Positions 49,533 through 58,715 of a stretch of 64,000 nucleotides of DNA are shown here, one piece after another. The DNA is taken from the NCBI GenBank assembly GCA_050260675.1, contig JBLNCN010000012.1, positions 6,104-70,103 on the forward strand, given 5' to 3'. Numbering within the stretch: the first letter of the stretch is position 1; every line of letters begins with the position of its first letter. The notes below the pieces were generated by a model. That model searched no databases and was not told the DNA's origin. It saw only the letters and a program-made list of their open reading frames with translations. This DNA is from Bacillota bacterium (GTDB lineage Bacteria > Bacillota > Sulfobacillia > Fermentithermobacillales > Fermentithermobacillaceae). The position numbers and the translations under genes were made by a program.

Positions 49533-51215
49533 GTGGCGCCCAAGTTTGACCACTACTGGCTTTTCTCCGAGGTTGAATCGGCCCTGAAGGAATGGGCTGC
49601 GGAGTATCCGCGCCTGTGCGCTCTGGAGTCCATAGGCAAGAGTGGCGAGGGAAGAGATATCTGGGCAGTCACAATCACCAACGCCGCCACCGGATGCGCT
49701 TCATCCAAACCCGCGTTCTACTTCGACGGCAACCATCACGCCGGCGAAGTAACCGGCTCCATGATCTCGATGTACACTGTGAAGTACCTCCTGGAGAACT
49801 ACGGGAAGGACGACCGGGTCACGAGGATCCTGGACCGCTACGCGGTTTACGCCATTCCCAGGATCTCGCCGGATGGCGCCGAGGTCTATTTGACCACCCC
49901 GGATACGCTGAGGTCCGTCCCCCGTTTCTACCCTTATCCCAACCCCGAGGAAAAGGAAGGCCTGTATCCTGCCGATATCGACGGCGACGGTGAGATCCTG
50001 CTCATGAGGGTGAAGGATCCGACCGGCGAGTGGAGGGTCTCGACTGATGACCCCCGGGCGCTTGTGCGGCGGGAGCCCGATGAGGAGTGCGGGACGTTCT
50101 ACCGCGTCTTTGTCGAGGGCCTCATAAGGGACTATGAGGGCGGAGAGATCAAGATGGCACCCCCGAAGTGGGCTATTGACCTGAACCGCAACTACCCCTA
50201 CGGATGGGCTCCCGACACTCGCCAACCCGGCGCCGGTGAGTTTCCGCTCTCCGAACCGGAGACCCGGGCCGTGGCGGAGTTTGTAGTCAGGCACCCCAAC
50301 ATCAGCCTGGGGTTCACCTATCACACGACTGGCGGCGTCATCCTGCGTGTTCCCGGTTCTCATCCGGCCCCAAAGAGCCCCCAGCGCGACATCCAGGCGC
50401 TCATCGCCATCGGGGAGATGGGCACCGAAGAAACCGGATACCCCTGTATCCCCTGCTACGAGGACTTTTCCGGCGGGAGCCCCGACAGTTACTCGACCGG
50501 GGCATACGACGATTGGCTGTACGAGCATAGAGGTATCCTGAGCTACACCGTCGAGACCTGGAACCAGTCCCAGAGGGCGGGCGTCCAGCTGTGGCCCCGC
50601 CGGAACAAGAGTCAGAAGGAGCAGGATGAGGATTTCAGGAAGCTCCTTGCCTGGAACGACAAGGAACTTGGCGGCAAGGGATGGGAGGACTGGAGACCGT
50701 TCGAGCATCCCCAGCTGGGGCCGATTGAGATCGGTGGGTGGCACACCAAGTTCGTTGTGCAGAACGCGCCTCCGCTATATCTCGAAGCGGAGTGCCACAA
50801 GAACATGATGTTTTCTTTGAGAGCTATGGCCTGCTTGCCGAGGCTTCAGCTGAGTAAGGCCCAGGCCAGGCCGATCGGAGACGGCGTCTACGAAGTCAGC
50901 GTCGTCGTCAGCAATCTCGGCTTCCTGCCTACGTTCGGTAGTTACCAGGCTCAGGCGCTCAATAAGGCTGAGCCGCTTCAGGCAGAGGTGCTCGGGGCGG
51001 CCGAGGTAGTAGGAAAGGCGAAGAAGGAAATCGGCCACCTTGAGGGCCGTTCAGGCGCTACCGGCGGGTTCTCGATGGGTTACTTCCGCGGAGGCGCCAG
51101 CGTGAGAGACCGCCGCATCACGTGGGTGGTCAAAGGCAAGAAGGGCGACATCCTTGAACTGAAGGTGAGCGGGCCCAGGGCAGGCGAAGCGAAAGCGGAG
51201 CTAGTGCTCGGCTGA
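49533..51215 (+). CDS. M14 family zinc carboxypeptidase paralog
   Basis: 'GNHHAGEVTG' and 'FTYHTTGG'. About 50-55% identical to the minus-strand copy at 43567-45231. Confidence 0.75.
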   Translation: MAPKFDHYWLFSEVESALKEWAAEYPRLCALESIGKSGEGRDIWAVTITNAATGCASSKPAFYFDGNHHAGEVTGSMISMYTVKYLLENYGKDDRVTRILDRYAVYAIPRISPDGAEVYLTTPDTLRSVPRFYPYPNPEEKEGLYPADIDGDGEILLMRVKDPTGEWRVSTDDPRALVRREPDEECGTFYRVFVEGLIRDYEGGEIKMAPPKWAIDLNRNYPYGWAPDTRQPGAGEFPLSEPETRAVAEFVVRHPNISLGFTYHTTGGVILRVPGSHPAPKSPQRDIQALIAIGEMGTEETGYPCIPCYEDFSGGSPDSYSTGAYDDWLYEHRGILSYTVETWNQSQRAGVQLWPRRNKSQKEQDEDFRKLLAWNDKELGGKGWEDWRPFEHPQLGPIEIGGWHTKFVVQNAPPLYLEAECHKNMMFSLRAMACLPRLQLSKAQARPIGDGVYEVSVVVSNLGFLPTFGSYQAQALNKAEPLQAEVLGAAEVVGKAKKEIGHLEGRSGATGGFSMGYFRGGASVRDRRITWVVKGKKGDILELKVSGPRAGEAKAELVLG

Positions 51216-51217
51216 TT

Positions 51218-51316
51218 GCCACTGAACGCCTGACTACCACAGAACGTCTGGCTGTCATTGAATGTCTAGCTGTCATTGAACGTCTGGCTGTCACTGAACA
51301 TCCTGGCTGCAAGTAA
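51218..51316 (+). repeat. tandem repeat, 5 copies of an ~18-nt unit (consensus a/c-TTGAACGTCTGGCTGTC)
   Basis: 'ccactgaacgcctgactac / cacagaacgtctggctgtc / attgaatgtctagctgtc / attgaacgtctggctgtc / actgaacatcctggctgc' sits between the M14 stop and its terminator. Confidence 0.65.
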
Positions 51317-51328
51317 CATGTGATCACA

Positions 51329-51358
51329 GAAGCCTGCCGCGCGGCAGGCTTCTTTCAT
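51329..51358 (+). terminator. intrinsic terminator after the M14 paralog and tandem repeat
   Basis: GAAGCCTGCCGCG/CGGCAGGCTTC hairpin followed by TTTCATCTTT. Confidence 0.55.
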
Positions 51359-51394
51359 CTTTGTAGGGCCACCTGTACAAGCAGTGCCGAAGAG

Positions 51395-52135
51395 CTACCT
51401 GTACCCGATCGACGATACGCCTAGCCTCTCTATGGTTGGGCGCGAGCCGACCACAGCCATCCAGGTCATCGGTATCGAGACCACGATGATGACCGAGTAC
51501 TGAACGATGTCGAACATGGTCCGGCTGAGGAAGAACGAGAGTCCCAAGTAAATCGGGAAGCATACCCAATGGAAGGCCGCGAACGCTCGCAGTCTCGGCA
51601 GCAGGCGGGTGTTGGTCTCATACTTGCGCGACAGCCTGATGAGGTATCCAAAGAACAGCGCTACCATCAGGAAATCGGTCGCTCCCAGGAAGTTGTTCCA
51701 CAGGGGAGGAACCTTGATGCCCGTCCAGAGATTGATCTCGCTCCTCACCCCGAAGTAGCCGAGGGGCCACAGGATATCGATGGACGAAAGCCACAGGAAG
51801 ATGTCTACGAACGAGTGGCATAGCATGCCCGTGCCCAGTCCCCGGAAGAACGCCTTGCCGCCCCTCGTGGTCGAGAGGAGCATCCCGAGGAAGGTAACGA
51901 GCGCGATGGTGAAGATGCTGTGGGTAGCGCTTCGATGCATCTTCATGGCGAGCCGGGAATCGAATAGATAGGTTACTCCCAGAGCAATCAGGTCGATGTC
52001 CGGCAGCACGTTTCCCATCACGAAACCGTAGGCGGACGACCTCGCGGTGATGGCCAATCCGGGTTCGCGCGCTTCCTTGCTGGTGATTCTTGCGAGGGTA
52101 AGTCCCATTATTCCATGAAGGCCGTTCTGAGCCAC
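51395..52135 (-). CDS. membrane-bound metal-dependent hydrolase, YdjM/DUF457-like
   Basis: 246-aa polytopic protein with conserved His/Asp positions ('SATHS', 'HSFVD') resembling PF04307. Confidence 0.5.
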   Translation of the reverse strand: MAQNGLHGIMGLTLARITSKEAREPGLAITARSSAYGFVMGNVLPDIDLIALGVTYLFDSRLAMKMHRSATHSIFTIALVTFLGMLLSTTRGGKAFFRGLGTGMLCHSFVDIFLWLSSIDILWPLGYFGVRSEINLWTGIKVPPLWNNFLGATDFLMVALFFGYLIRLSRKYETNTRLLPRLRAFAAFHWVCFPIYLGLSFFLSRTMFDIVQYSVIIVVSIPMTWMAVVGSRPTIERLGVSSIGYR

Positions 52136-52286
52136 CTAGAATCGCTCTCCTCGCGGTAACCAATAGTCCTATGACCAGCGTATTCTACGGCTTGCCAGAC
52201 AATCCTTGCTCTTTCCAAAGGTTAAGGGCCAGGTGGAGTCGAATTCGTAGCATGCAGCATCGCTCCAAAGGGAGGGCCAACCAACT

Positions 52287-54158
52287 ATGCCAGGATACCA
52301 AGGCAAGATACTCCGTGTAGACCTCACGGATAAGCGGATCTGGGTCGAGGAGAAGGGCGAGGACTTCTACAGGACCTATTGGGGCGGCCGGGGGATCATC
52401 GCGTACTACCTGCTTAACGAGGTGCCCGTGGGAGCCGATCCGCTCGGGCCCGAGAACCTCTTGGTGTTCGCCGCGGGTCCGATGACAGGCCTCCCGCTGG
52501 CTGGGTCGGGCCGAAACTCGGTCGGCGGCAAGTCACCCCTCACAGGCGGATACGGTGACGCCGAAGGCGGAGGCTTTTTTGGCGCCGAGATGAAACGCGC
52601 GGGCTTTGACGCCATCGTGGTCAGGGGTAAAGCAGATAAGCCTGTCTACCTGTACATCCGGGATGGCGAGGCCGAGATACGGGATGCCTCGCACCTGTGG
52701 GGTAAGACCACAGGCGAAGTCGAGGACCTCATCAAAGAAGAGACTGGAGATAGGAATGTCCGCGTGTCTCAGTGCGGCCCCGCAGGGGAGAAGATGGTCA
52801 GGTACGCTTGCGTGGTCAACGACCTCACTCACTTCTGCGGGCGGACCGGCATGGGCGCTGTGATGGGCTCCAAGAACCTGCGCGCGGTCGCGGCCAGGGG
52901 GACCAAGCTCGTACCCTCGGCGGATCCCGATACCATACGCGACCTGGCCAAGTGGATGGTGGAGAACGCCCCCACTCTGGCCGGCGGCATGACGGACCTC
53001 GGCACAACCGGCATCGTGACCGGCAACAACACGGCGGGCGGCCTGCCGACCCGCAACTTCATGGAAGGCCAGTTCGAGGGGGCCCAGAAGATCACGGGCA
53101 CCACCATGAGGGATACCATCCTCATCGGGAGAGAGACCTGCTACGCTTGCCCGGTCCGGTGCAAGCGGGTCGTGCAGGCTGAACAACCATGGAAGGTTGA
53201 CCCCAAGTACGGCGGCCCGGAGTACGAGTCGCTGGGTTCATTGGGCTCGGTGCTCGGCATCGACGACCTGGTCGCCGTCACCAAGCTCAACGAGATGTGC
53301 GCCGCTTACGGTCTTGACAGCATATCCACCGGGGTCACCCTGGGGTTTGCCATGGAGTGCTTCGAGAAGGGCCTCATCACGAAGGAAGACACCGGCGGTT
53401 TGGACCTGCGCTTCGGAAATGCCGCGGCCGCTATTGAGGCCGTTTCGATGCTTAAGGACAGGCAGGGCTTCGGCGATCTGCTGGCGTTGGGAAGCAGGGA
53501 GATGGCCCAGAGGATAGGCAAAGGCTCCATGGAATTCGCAATGCACGTCCGGGGCCAGGAGATACCGATGCACGAACCCCGGATGAAGCCCGGCCTCGGA
53601 GTGGGGTACGCGCTGTCCCCCACGGGAGCGGACCACTGCCACAACTTCCATGACACCGGGTATGCCAAGCCAGGTGGTTCAGTTCAGGACCTTAAGTCAT
53701 TGGGAGTGGTCGGGGGGCCGTTCGACGTCTACGACCTGTCTCCTGAGAAGATTAACGCGGTCTTGACCGTGACCAACATCCGTACATGGGGAAACCTGGC
53801 GGTCATGTGCCAGTTCGTGCCTTGGAGCCAAGTGCAGAGAGAGCAAATCGCTCGCGCCGCCACCGGATGGACTACTACCTGGGCCGAAATGCTTGCGGCT
53901 GCCGAGCGGGCCAATGTGTTGGCCAGGGTGTTTAACCTTAGAGAGGGCATGGACGTCTCTACGGAGGTCTTGCCAAAGAGGTTCTTCCAACCGTTCACTG
54001 CCGGACCCCTTGCAGGGAAAGCCTCGGATCCTGAGGAGTGGGAGAGGGCCAAGAAGACGGCCTACGCCCTGTCCGGCTGGGATGAGAATGGTGTCCCAAC
54101 CCCCGAACGCCTCGCGAAACTGGGCGTATCGTGGGCGACTAGTCACCTGCCTGCTTAG
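52287..54158 (+). CDS. aor: tungsten-containing aldehyde:ferredoxin oxidoreductase (AOR family)
   Basis: 'MPGYQGKILRVDLTDKRIWVEE...' AOR_N, 4Fe-4S Cys ligands, 623 aa. Confidence 0.85.
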   Translation: MPGYQGKILRVDLTDKRIWVEEKGEDFYRTYWGGRGIIAYYLLNEVPVGADPLGPENLLVFAAGPMTGLPLAGSGRNSVGGKSPLTGGYGDAEGGGFFGAEMKRAGFDAIVVRGKADKPVYLYIRDGEAEIRDASHLWGKTTGEVEDLIKEETGDRNVRVSQCGPAGEKMVRYACVVNDLTHFCGRTGMGAVMGSKNLRAVAARGTKLVPSADPDTIRDLAKWMVENAPTLAGGMTDLGTTGIVTGNNTAGGLPTRNFMEGQFEGAQKITGTTMRDTILIGRETCYACPVRCKRVVQAEQPWKVDPKYGGPEYESLGSLGSVLGIDDLVAVTKLNEMCAAYGLDSISTGVTLGFAMECFEKGLITKEDTGGLDLRFGNAAAAIEAVSMLKDRQGFGDLLALGSREMAQRIGKGSMEFAMHVRGQEIPMHEPRMKPGLGVGYALSPTGADHCHNFHDTGYAKPGGSVQDLKSLGVVGGPFDVYDLSPEKINAVLTVTNIRTWGNLAVMCQFVPWSQVQREQIARAATGWTTTWAEMLAAAERANVLARVFNLREGMDVSTEVLPKRFFQPFTAGPLAGKASDPEEWERAKKTAYALSGWDENGVPTPERLAKLGVSWATSHLPA

Positions 54159-54177
54159 AGTGAAGGATCTTGTCGAA

Positions 54178-54215
54178 GGGGCGGCGTAGTGCATGTGCGC
54201 CGCCCCTCACTGTTC
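54178..54215 (+). terminator. candidate terminator hairpin after aor
   Basis: AGGGGCGGCG-N11-CGCCGCCCCT stem; weak U-tract. Confidence 0.35.
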
Positions 54216-54252
54216 TTAGCCCAAGGCGGCCACGGAGAAAGAAGGTACTCAG

Positions 54253-55191
54253 TTGGCAGCATCCGAGAAGGCGCTCATCATCCTGAACCCTGTGGCCGGC
54301 CACGGGAGGTCTTTGGCTCTACGGCAGCAAGTGGAGGACCGGCTCCGCAAGAACGGAGTGGAGTTCGAGACACTTCTGACCGAGCGGCCCGGCCATGCCC
54401 GTGAACTGGCGGCAACGGCCCACCTGAACGGGTTCCGCGTCATCGCGGCCATGGGTGGGGACGGGACGCTGAGCGAGGTTATAAACGGGATGTTCACCCG
54501 TTACGACGGCAGGATTCCTGAGGACCTGAAACTGGCCGCCATCCCCTCCGGCACGGGAAACGACTTTTTGAGCGGCAGCGACATCTCCACAGAATGGATG
54601 GACGCCGTGGACGCTCTTGGGGCGCCTTCGCTCCGCAAAGTTGACGTGCTGGAGGTCTCGGATTCCAACGGTCTTCGACGTTACGCCGCCAACTGTCTTG
54701 GCTTTGGATATGACGCCTACGTGACCGGGAACGTCACGAAGAGGGGTACGGGCAGGGTCGGCCCCCTGGGTTACATGGTTGAGGCGCTCCGGGGTCTATT
54801 CGTGTTCAACCCCGCCAATCTCAAGATCGGTGTAGACGGCGCCGAGCCTTCTGACCGTGAGCGGGTGTGGCTTCTGTCGGTCACCAACTCGGAAAAATAC
54901 GGCGGTGGGATGAAGGTCAACCCGGGAGCCAAGATCGACGACGGCCTCCTCAATTATGCCATGCTTCACGGCGTCTCCAGGAGGAGTCTGTTCAGTCTCG
55001 TGTTCCTTGTGCGGTCCGGAAAGCACATCGGGAAGCCGGGAGTCCTCCTGGGAACCATCGCGAGCATGGTGGTGGACGCCCCGCAGGGTTTCCCGTGCCA
55101 CGTCGATGGTGATACTGTTCGTGTAACTTACCCTGTCACCGTGAGAGTGCTGGCGGGGGCTCTTCCCTTCGTGGTGGGAGGAACCGGCTAG
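54253..55191 (+). CDS. DAGK_cat-fold kinase (YegS/diacylglycerol-kinase-like lipid kinase family)
   Basis: 'LIILNPVAGHGR' and 'VIAAMGGDGTLSEVING' ATP-site motifs; 312 aa; TTG start. Confidence 0.7.
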   Translation: MAASEKALIILNPVAGHGRSLALRQQVEDRLRKNGVEFETLLTERPGHARELAATAHLNGFRVIAAMGGDGTLSEVINGMFTRYDGRIPEDLKLAAIPSGTGNDFLSGSDISTEWMDAVDALGAPSLRKVDVLEVSDSNGLRRYAANCLGFGYDAYVTGNVTKRGTGRVGPLGYMVEALRGLFVFNPANLKIGVDGAEPSDRERVWLLSVTNSEKYGGGMKVNPGAKIDDGLLNYAMLHGVSRRSLFSLVFLVRSGKHIGKPGVLLGTIASMVVDAPQGFPCHVDGDTVRVTYPVTVRVLAGALPFVVGGTG

Positions 55192-55225
55192 CCCCACGGT
55201 CACAGGCTGAAAGGGCGGCTCTCCC

Positions 55226-56455
55226 ATGGCTCAAAGCAACACCCGCACAGAGAAGACCATTACCGGGCTGGAACTACGCGCGCTTTTCGATAGGTTCTGC
55301 CCGTTCTCCTCGGACCTGTCGCTGCGGCGAGACGACCAGCGTAAGACCGTCCTTGCGGTTAACGGCAACTATCCTTTGGAGATAGAGGTCGCCGGGTTCT
55401 ACCACGCTGCGAGCCTGGATGGCGGGTCTCCCATGATCGTCCAGATAAGCGGCGGGGCCCTCGAGACCCTGGGGAGGGCCCTTCGGCCGAACTCCCTATC
55501 CGGAGTAGCCGACCTAAGGCAAGGCGCGCGGCTCTTTTGGGCGATATGCCAATCCTACGAGTCCATTTACAGCCCTGGTTTCGTCGCACTCGGCCTGGAC
55601 CACTTCGCAGTCCCCGACATCAGAGAGGCGCTGTTCGCCGATAACGACCCGGATAGGCCGCAAGCTCCCTGCCCTTCAGGCGATGAGGTGCGAAGGCGTC
55701 TACGCGAGGCCATCATGGCCGCAGAGAGGTGCGGTATGAGCCGGCCGTCACTGGAGGACACCATCGCTTACGAGGCCTACCTTTGCTCTCAGGAGTATCG
55801 GCAGGCCCTCATGGGCTTCATGGGGGTCATCGAAGAGATGAAGCCGGCGTGGGCCATGATTGATACGGGCGAGACGCCGCCGGTACTGAACTTCGCCGTT
55901 ACCAGGGAAGTTGTTGACATGGTCCGGGAACAGGGAAGTGACGCGATCATTGAAGCGGAGTTCGGAGCCACCGGTCAGGCGGGAGCGGAGGACACCTACG
56001 AGCCCCTGTCCGGGCAGGACTTGGCCGAGTACGCCCGGCAGGTAGCCGGATTTGTCCAGTATACCGGCGCTGAGGGCATCTCTTACCCCATCGGCATGGA
56101 GCACGCCGCTCCGACGGCCGTGAAGCACGAGCCGGATGTGGCACGGCTCGAGCACGTTCAGAGGGAGATCATCCGCGTGACAGGGCGTTATGTGCCTTTT
56201 GCCCAACACGGAGGGACAGGCGCCAAGGAGATCGCGCGGGGGCTTGTCGGCAAGAACAACGTGAACACCCACTTCCTGGTCACGGCGGCCCAGTCTTTCG
56301 CCATGCACGTTGCCAAGTACAAGGAAGGTATAGCCCAGGGGCGCAAGTCTGCAAGCGGAACGGCCATGTACTTGTCTGCGGCGCGGGCAGTCATGGACGC
56401 CACTGTAGATAAGCTGAAGGAGTGCGGCACCTATGGGGCGCTGGCAGGCTGGTGA
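55226..56455 (+). CDS. divergent class II (metal-dependent) fructose/tagatose-bisphosphate aldolase family protein
   Basis: 'LAVNGNYPLEIEVAG...SPMIVQISGGA', 'LGLDHF', 'EAEFGATGQAGAEDT', 'FAQHGGTG' parallel the class II FBA blocks (FN...E..AI, HLDHG, ELG..GG.EDG, HGGSG). At 409 aa it is longer than FbaA. Confidence 0.5.
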   Translation: MAQSNTRTEKTITGLELRALFDRFCPFSSDLSLRRDDQRKTVLAVNGNYPLEIEVAGFYHAASLDGGSPMIVQISGGALETLGRALRPNSLSGVADLRQGARLFWAICQSYESIYSPGFVALGLDHFAVPDIREALFADNDPDRPQAPCPSGDEVRRRLREAIMAAERCGMSRPSLEDTIAYEAYLCSQEYRQALMGFMGVIEEMKPAWAMIDTGETPPVLNFAVTREVVDMVREQGSDAIIEAEFGATGQAGAEDTYEPLSGQDLAEYARQVAGFVQYTGAEGISYPIGMEHAAPTAVKHEPDVARLEHVQREIIRVTGRYVPFAQHGGTGAKEIARGLVGKNNVNTHFLVTAAQSFAMHVAKYKEGIAQGRKSASGTAMYLSAARAVMDATVDKLKECGTYGALAGW

Positions 56456-56515
56456 TCTACAGGCAGGCGCCAACTCCCCGGGGCTTCGCTGTCCCTCAGG
56501 ACTGGCTGTCGCCGG

Positions 56516-57949
56516 TTAGTCCCGCTCGGCCGGTTCTGCTCTGGCCACTCTCTTATCGGAGGTCCTACCGTCCCAGACCCTTATGCTCTTCCACTTGCCT
56601 GTTCTAAAGCGCAGGTAGATCAATATTCCCCTGAAGAACTGGTCGATGCCCATCCCTAACCAGGCGCCCGGCAATCCCATGTCGACCACGTTCACGAAGA
56701 ACCACCCCAGGATCACGCGGCCTATCCACATGCCGGCAGCCGTCGAGTACAACGGGTAGGTTGTGTCACCTGCGCCACGCAGTCCACCGGCTAGCACAAA
56801 CTGGGTCGATTGGGCAGGCTGCGCAAACGCATATATCTTCAGCACAAGAGCGGAAACTAGGACCACAGCCATGTCGTTGGTGTATAGAAACGCGATGTTC
56901 TTCCCGAAGAACAGGAAGACGAAAGCCATGAACACGCCTATGGTCATGGCCATGTTCCTGGAGGTGTTTGCGCAACGCTCAGCATCGTCCGGACGCTCGG
57001 CGCCGAGGTACTGGCCCACAAGCGTGGTAGCCGACGTCGCGAAAGCCTGGCCGGGCATGAAGGTCAGGCTGAGGATGTTCATTGCCACCTGGTGCGCGGC
57101 GAAAGTGACCGTGCCCAGCGCGGACACGACCTTGGCGAACATCACCTGGCCGGACCTCAGAACGAGCTGTTCCATGGCTGCGGGAAAGCCGATCTGGTAG
57201 ATGCGGCGGAGGATCTCGGAGTCGGGCTTGTACCTCTCCTTAAGGTTAAGCTTTACGCTCTTCTCGCCCTTCACGGCAAGCGCAACGAACCAAACCGCGG
57301 CAACAAACCGCGAGAAGGTAGTAGCTACGCCGGCACCCATAACGCCCCATCTTGGGAAACCGAAGAGGCCATGGATCAGGATGGCATTGAAAACCACATT
57401 GACCAGATTGGCTACCAGGTTTACGACCATGGGAGTGCGTGTATCACCCGCTCCGCGCAGACCGGAGGCTATAGCCATGGCGATGGCGTTGAAGATGAAC
57501 CCATATCCTACTACCTGGAAGTAGGGGGTGCCTATGGCGATAACGTCAGGCTCGGCGCCCATGAATTCCAGTATCAAGGAGCCGAAAGAGCCGGCGAAGA
57601 GGGATACGATCAGGCCCAAAAGAATAGTCACGTAGAAGGTCTGCTTCAAAGTATTGGAAGCTTCTTCGGGCTCGCCCATCCCTATGAACCTGGCGACCAG
57701 CGCGGTAGTGCCGACGTTGAGCGCCTGAAAGATGGACTGAAGCAGCATCATGGGTTGGTTTGTGAGCCCGACGGATGTGATGGCGGCGGGTCCCAACCGG
57801 CCGACCTGGATCATGTCGGCCATCCCGACCAAAGACACCAGGACCATTTCTGTAAGGGTCGGGGCCGCGAGCTGCCAGACGACTTTCCTGGTCTCGGGTT
57901 GGGAGAGGCAAGGTTCTGTTTGAGTAACGCGATCTGTAGAGAGGCTCAA
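56516..57949 (-). CDS. MATE family efflux transporter
   Basis: 477 aa, 12 TM helices, duplicated MatE halves. Confidence 0.8.
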   Translation of the reverse strand: MSLSTDRVTQTEPCLSQPETRKVVWQLAAPTLTEMVLVSLVGMADMIQVGRLGPAAITSVGLTNQPMMLLQSIFQALNVGTTALVARFIGMGEPEEASNTLKQTFYVTILLGLIVSLFAGSFGSLILEFMGAEPDVIAIGTPYFQVVGYGFIFNAIAMAIASGLRGAGDTRTPMVVNLVANLVNVVFNAILIHGLFGFPRWGVMGAGVATTFSRFVAAVWFVALAVKGEKSVKLNLKERYKPDSEILRRIYQIGFPAAMEQLVLRSGQVMFAKVVSALGTVTFAAHQVAMNILSLTFMPGQAFATSATTLVGQYLGAERPDDAERCANTSRNMAMTIGVFMAFVFLFFGKNIAFLYTNDMAVVLVSALVLKIYAFAQPAQSTQFVLAGGLRGAGDTTYPLYSTAAGMWIGRVILGWFFVNVVDMGLPGAWLGMGIDQFFRGILIYLRFRTGKWKSIRVWDGRTSDKRVARAEPAERD

Positions 57950-58056
57950 TTTCGTGTGTCCCTTCTTTTCGGCTCTCCATTACCGTAGAGATACTTCTGT
58001 ATGCGTAGAGTCTATAACTCGAAAGAGTATTACGCAACCTGAAAGGGGTGTTAGGG

Positions 58057-58608
58057 ATGGCAGAAACAACCAAGAGGATCCTAGCGGCAGGTACACTGCT
58101 GTACCCGCTTCCCGCGGTGCTTGTAACGTGCGGCGATCTTGGTGGAGAGAAGAACGCCATCACCTTGGCATGGGTTGGTACCGCTTCATCGGAGCCCCCG
58201 TGTATCGTGATCGGCGTCAGGCCCACCAGGTTTTCCTACGGACTAATACAGAGGTATGGAGACTTTGTGGTAAACATGCCGAGCGCCGACCAGGTAAGTG
58301 TGCTTGAGTACTGCGGCACTGTGTCGGGCAGGACCGAGGACAAGTTCGCCAAAGCCGGTCTCACTCCGGTGCGTGCGGAAAGCGTCCGGGCCCCCTTGGT
58401 CGAGGAGTTCCCCGTCAACATCGAGTGCAAGGTCAAGGACCGCATCGCTCTCGGCAGCCACGACCTCTTCATAGGGGAAGTCGTTACTGTGCACGCCGAC
58501 TCTTCCGTCCTTACCGAGGGGAGCATCGATCCGGCCAAGATGGACCCCGTCGCCTACTTCCGGGGCAACTACTTCCGTTTGGGAGAAATGGTCGCAAAGC
58601 GCAAGTAG
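58057..58608 (+). CDS. flavin reductase-like FMN-binding domain protein
   Basis: 'LYPLPAVLVTCGD...NAITLAWVG' flavin reductase family. ATG 58057 follows AAAGGGG. Confidence 0.75.
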   Translation: MAETTKRILAAGTLLYPLPAVLVTCGDLGGEKNAITLAWVGTASSEPPCIVIGVRPTRFSYGLIQRYGDFVVNMPSADQVSVLEYCGTVSGRTEDKFAKAGLTPVRAESVRAPLVEEFPVNIECKVKDRIALGSHDLFIGEVVTVHADSSVLTEGSIDPAKMDPVAYFRGNYFRLGEMVAKRK

Positions 58609-58715
58609 CGCGGGGCAGGGCGCAAGTGACGCCGGCTATGCGCTCTAGGCCAGATCGAGAAACAGAGAAAGATGACCCTCGTGATGCGGCATTTCAGGAT
58701 GGGAGAGACCTCAGT

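Noticed and set aside
51130-51327. 65-aa minus-strand ORF with 'SMTARR' repeats
   Set aside because: An artefact of translating through the 18-nt tandem DNA repeat. No start context.
54189-54404. 71-aa ORF overlapping the aor terminator and the start of the kinase gene
   Set aside because: Overlaps a hairpin and a better-supported gene; no homology.
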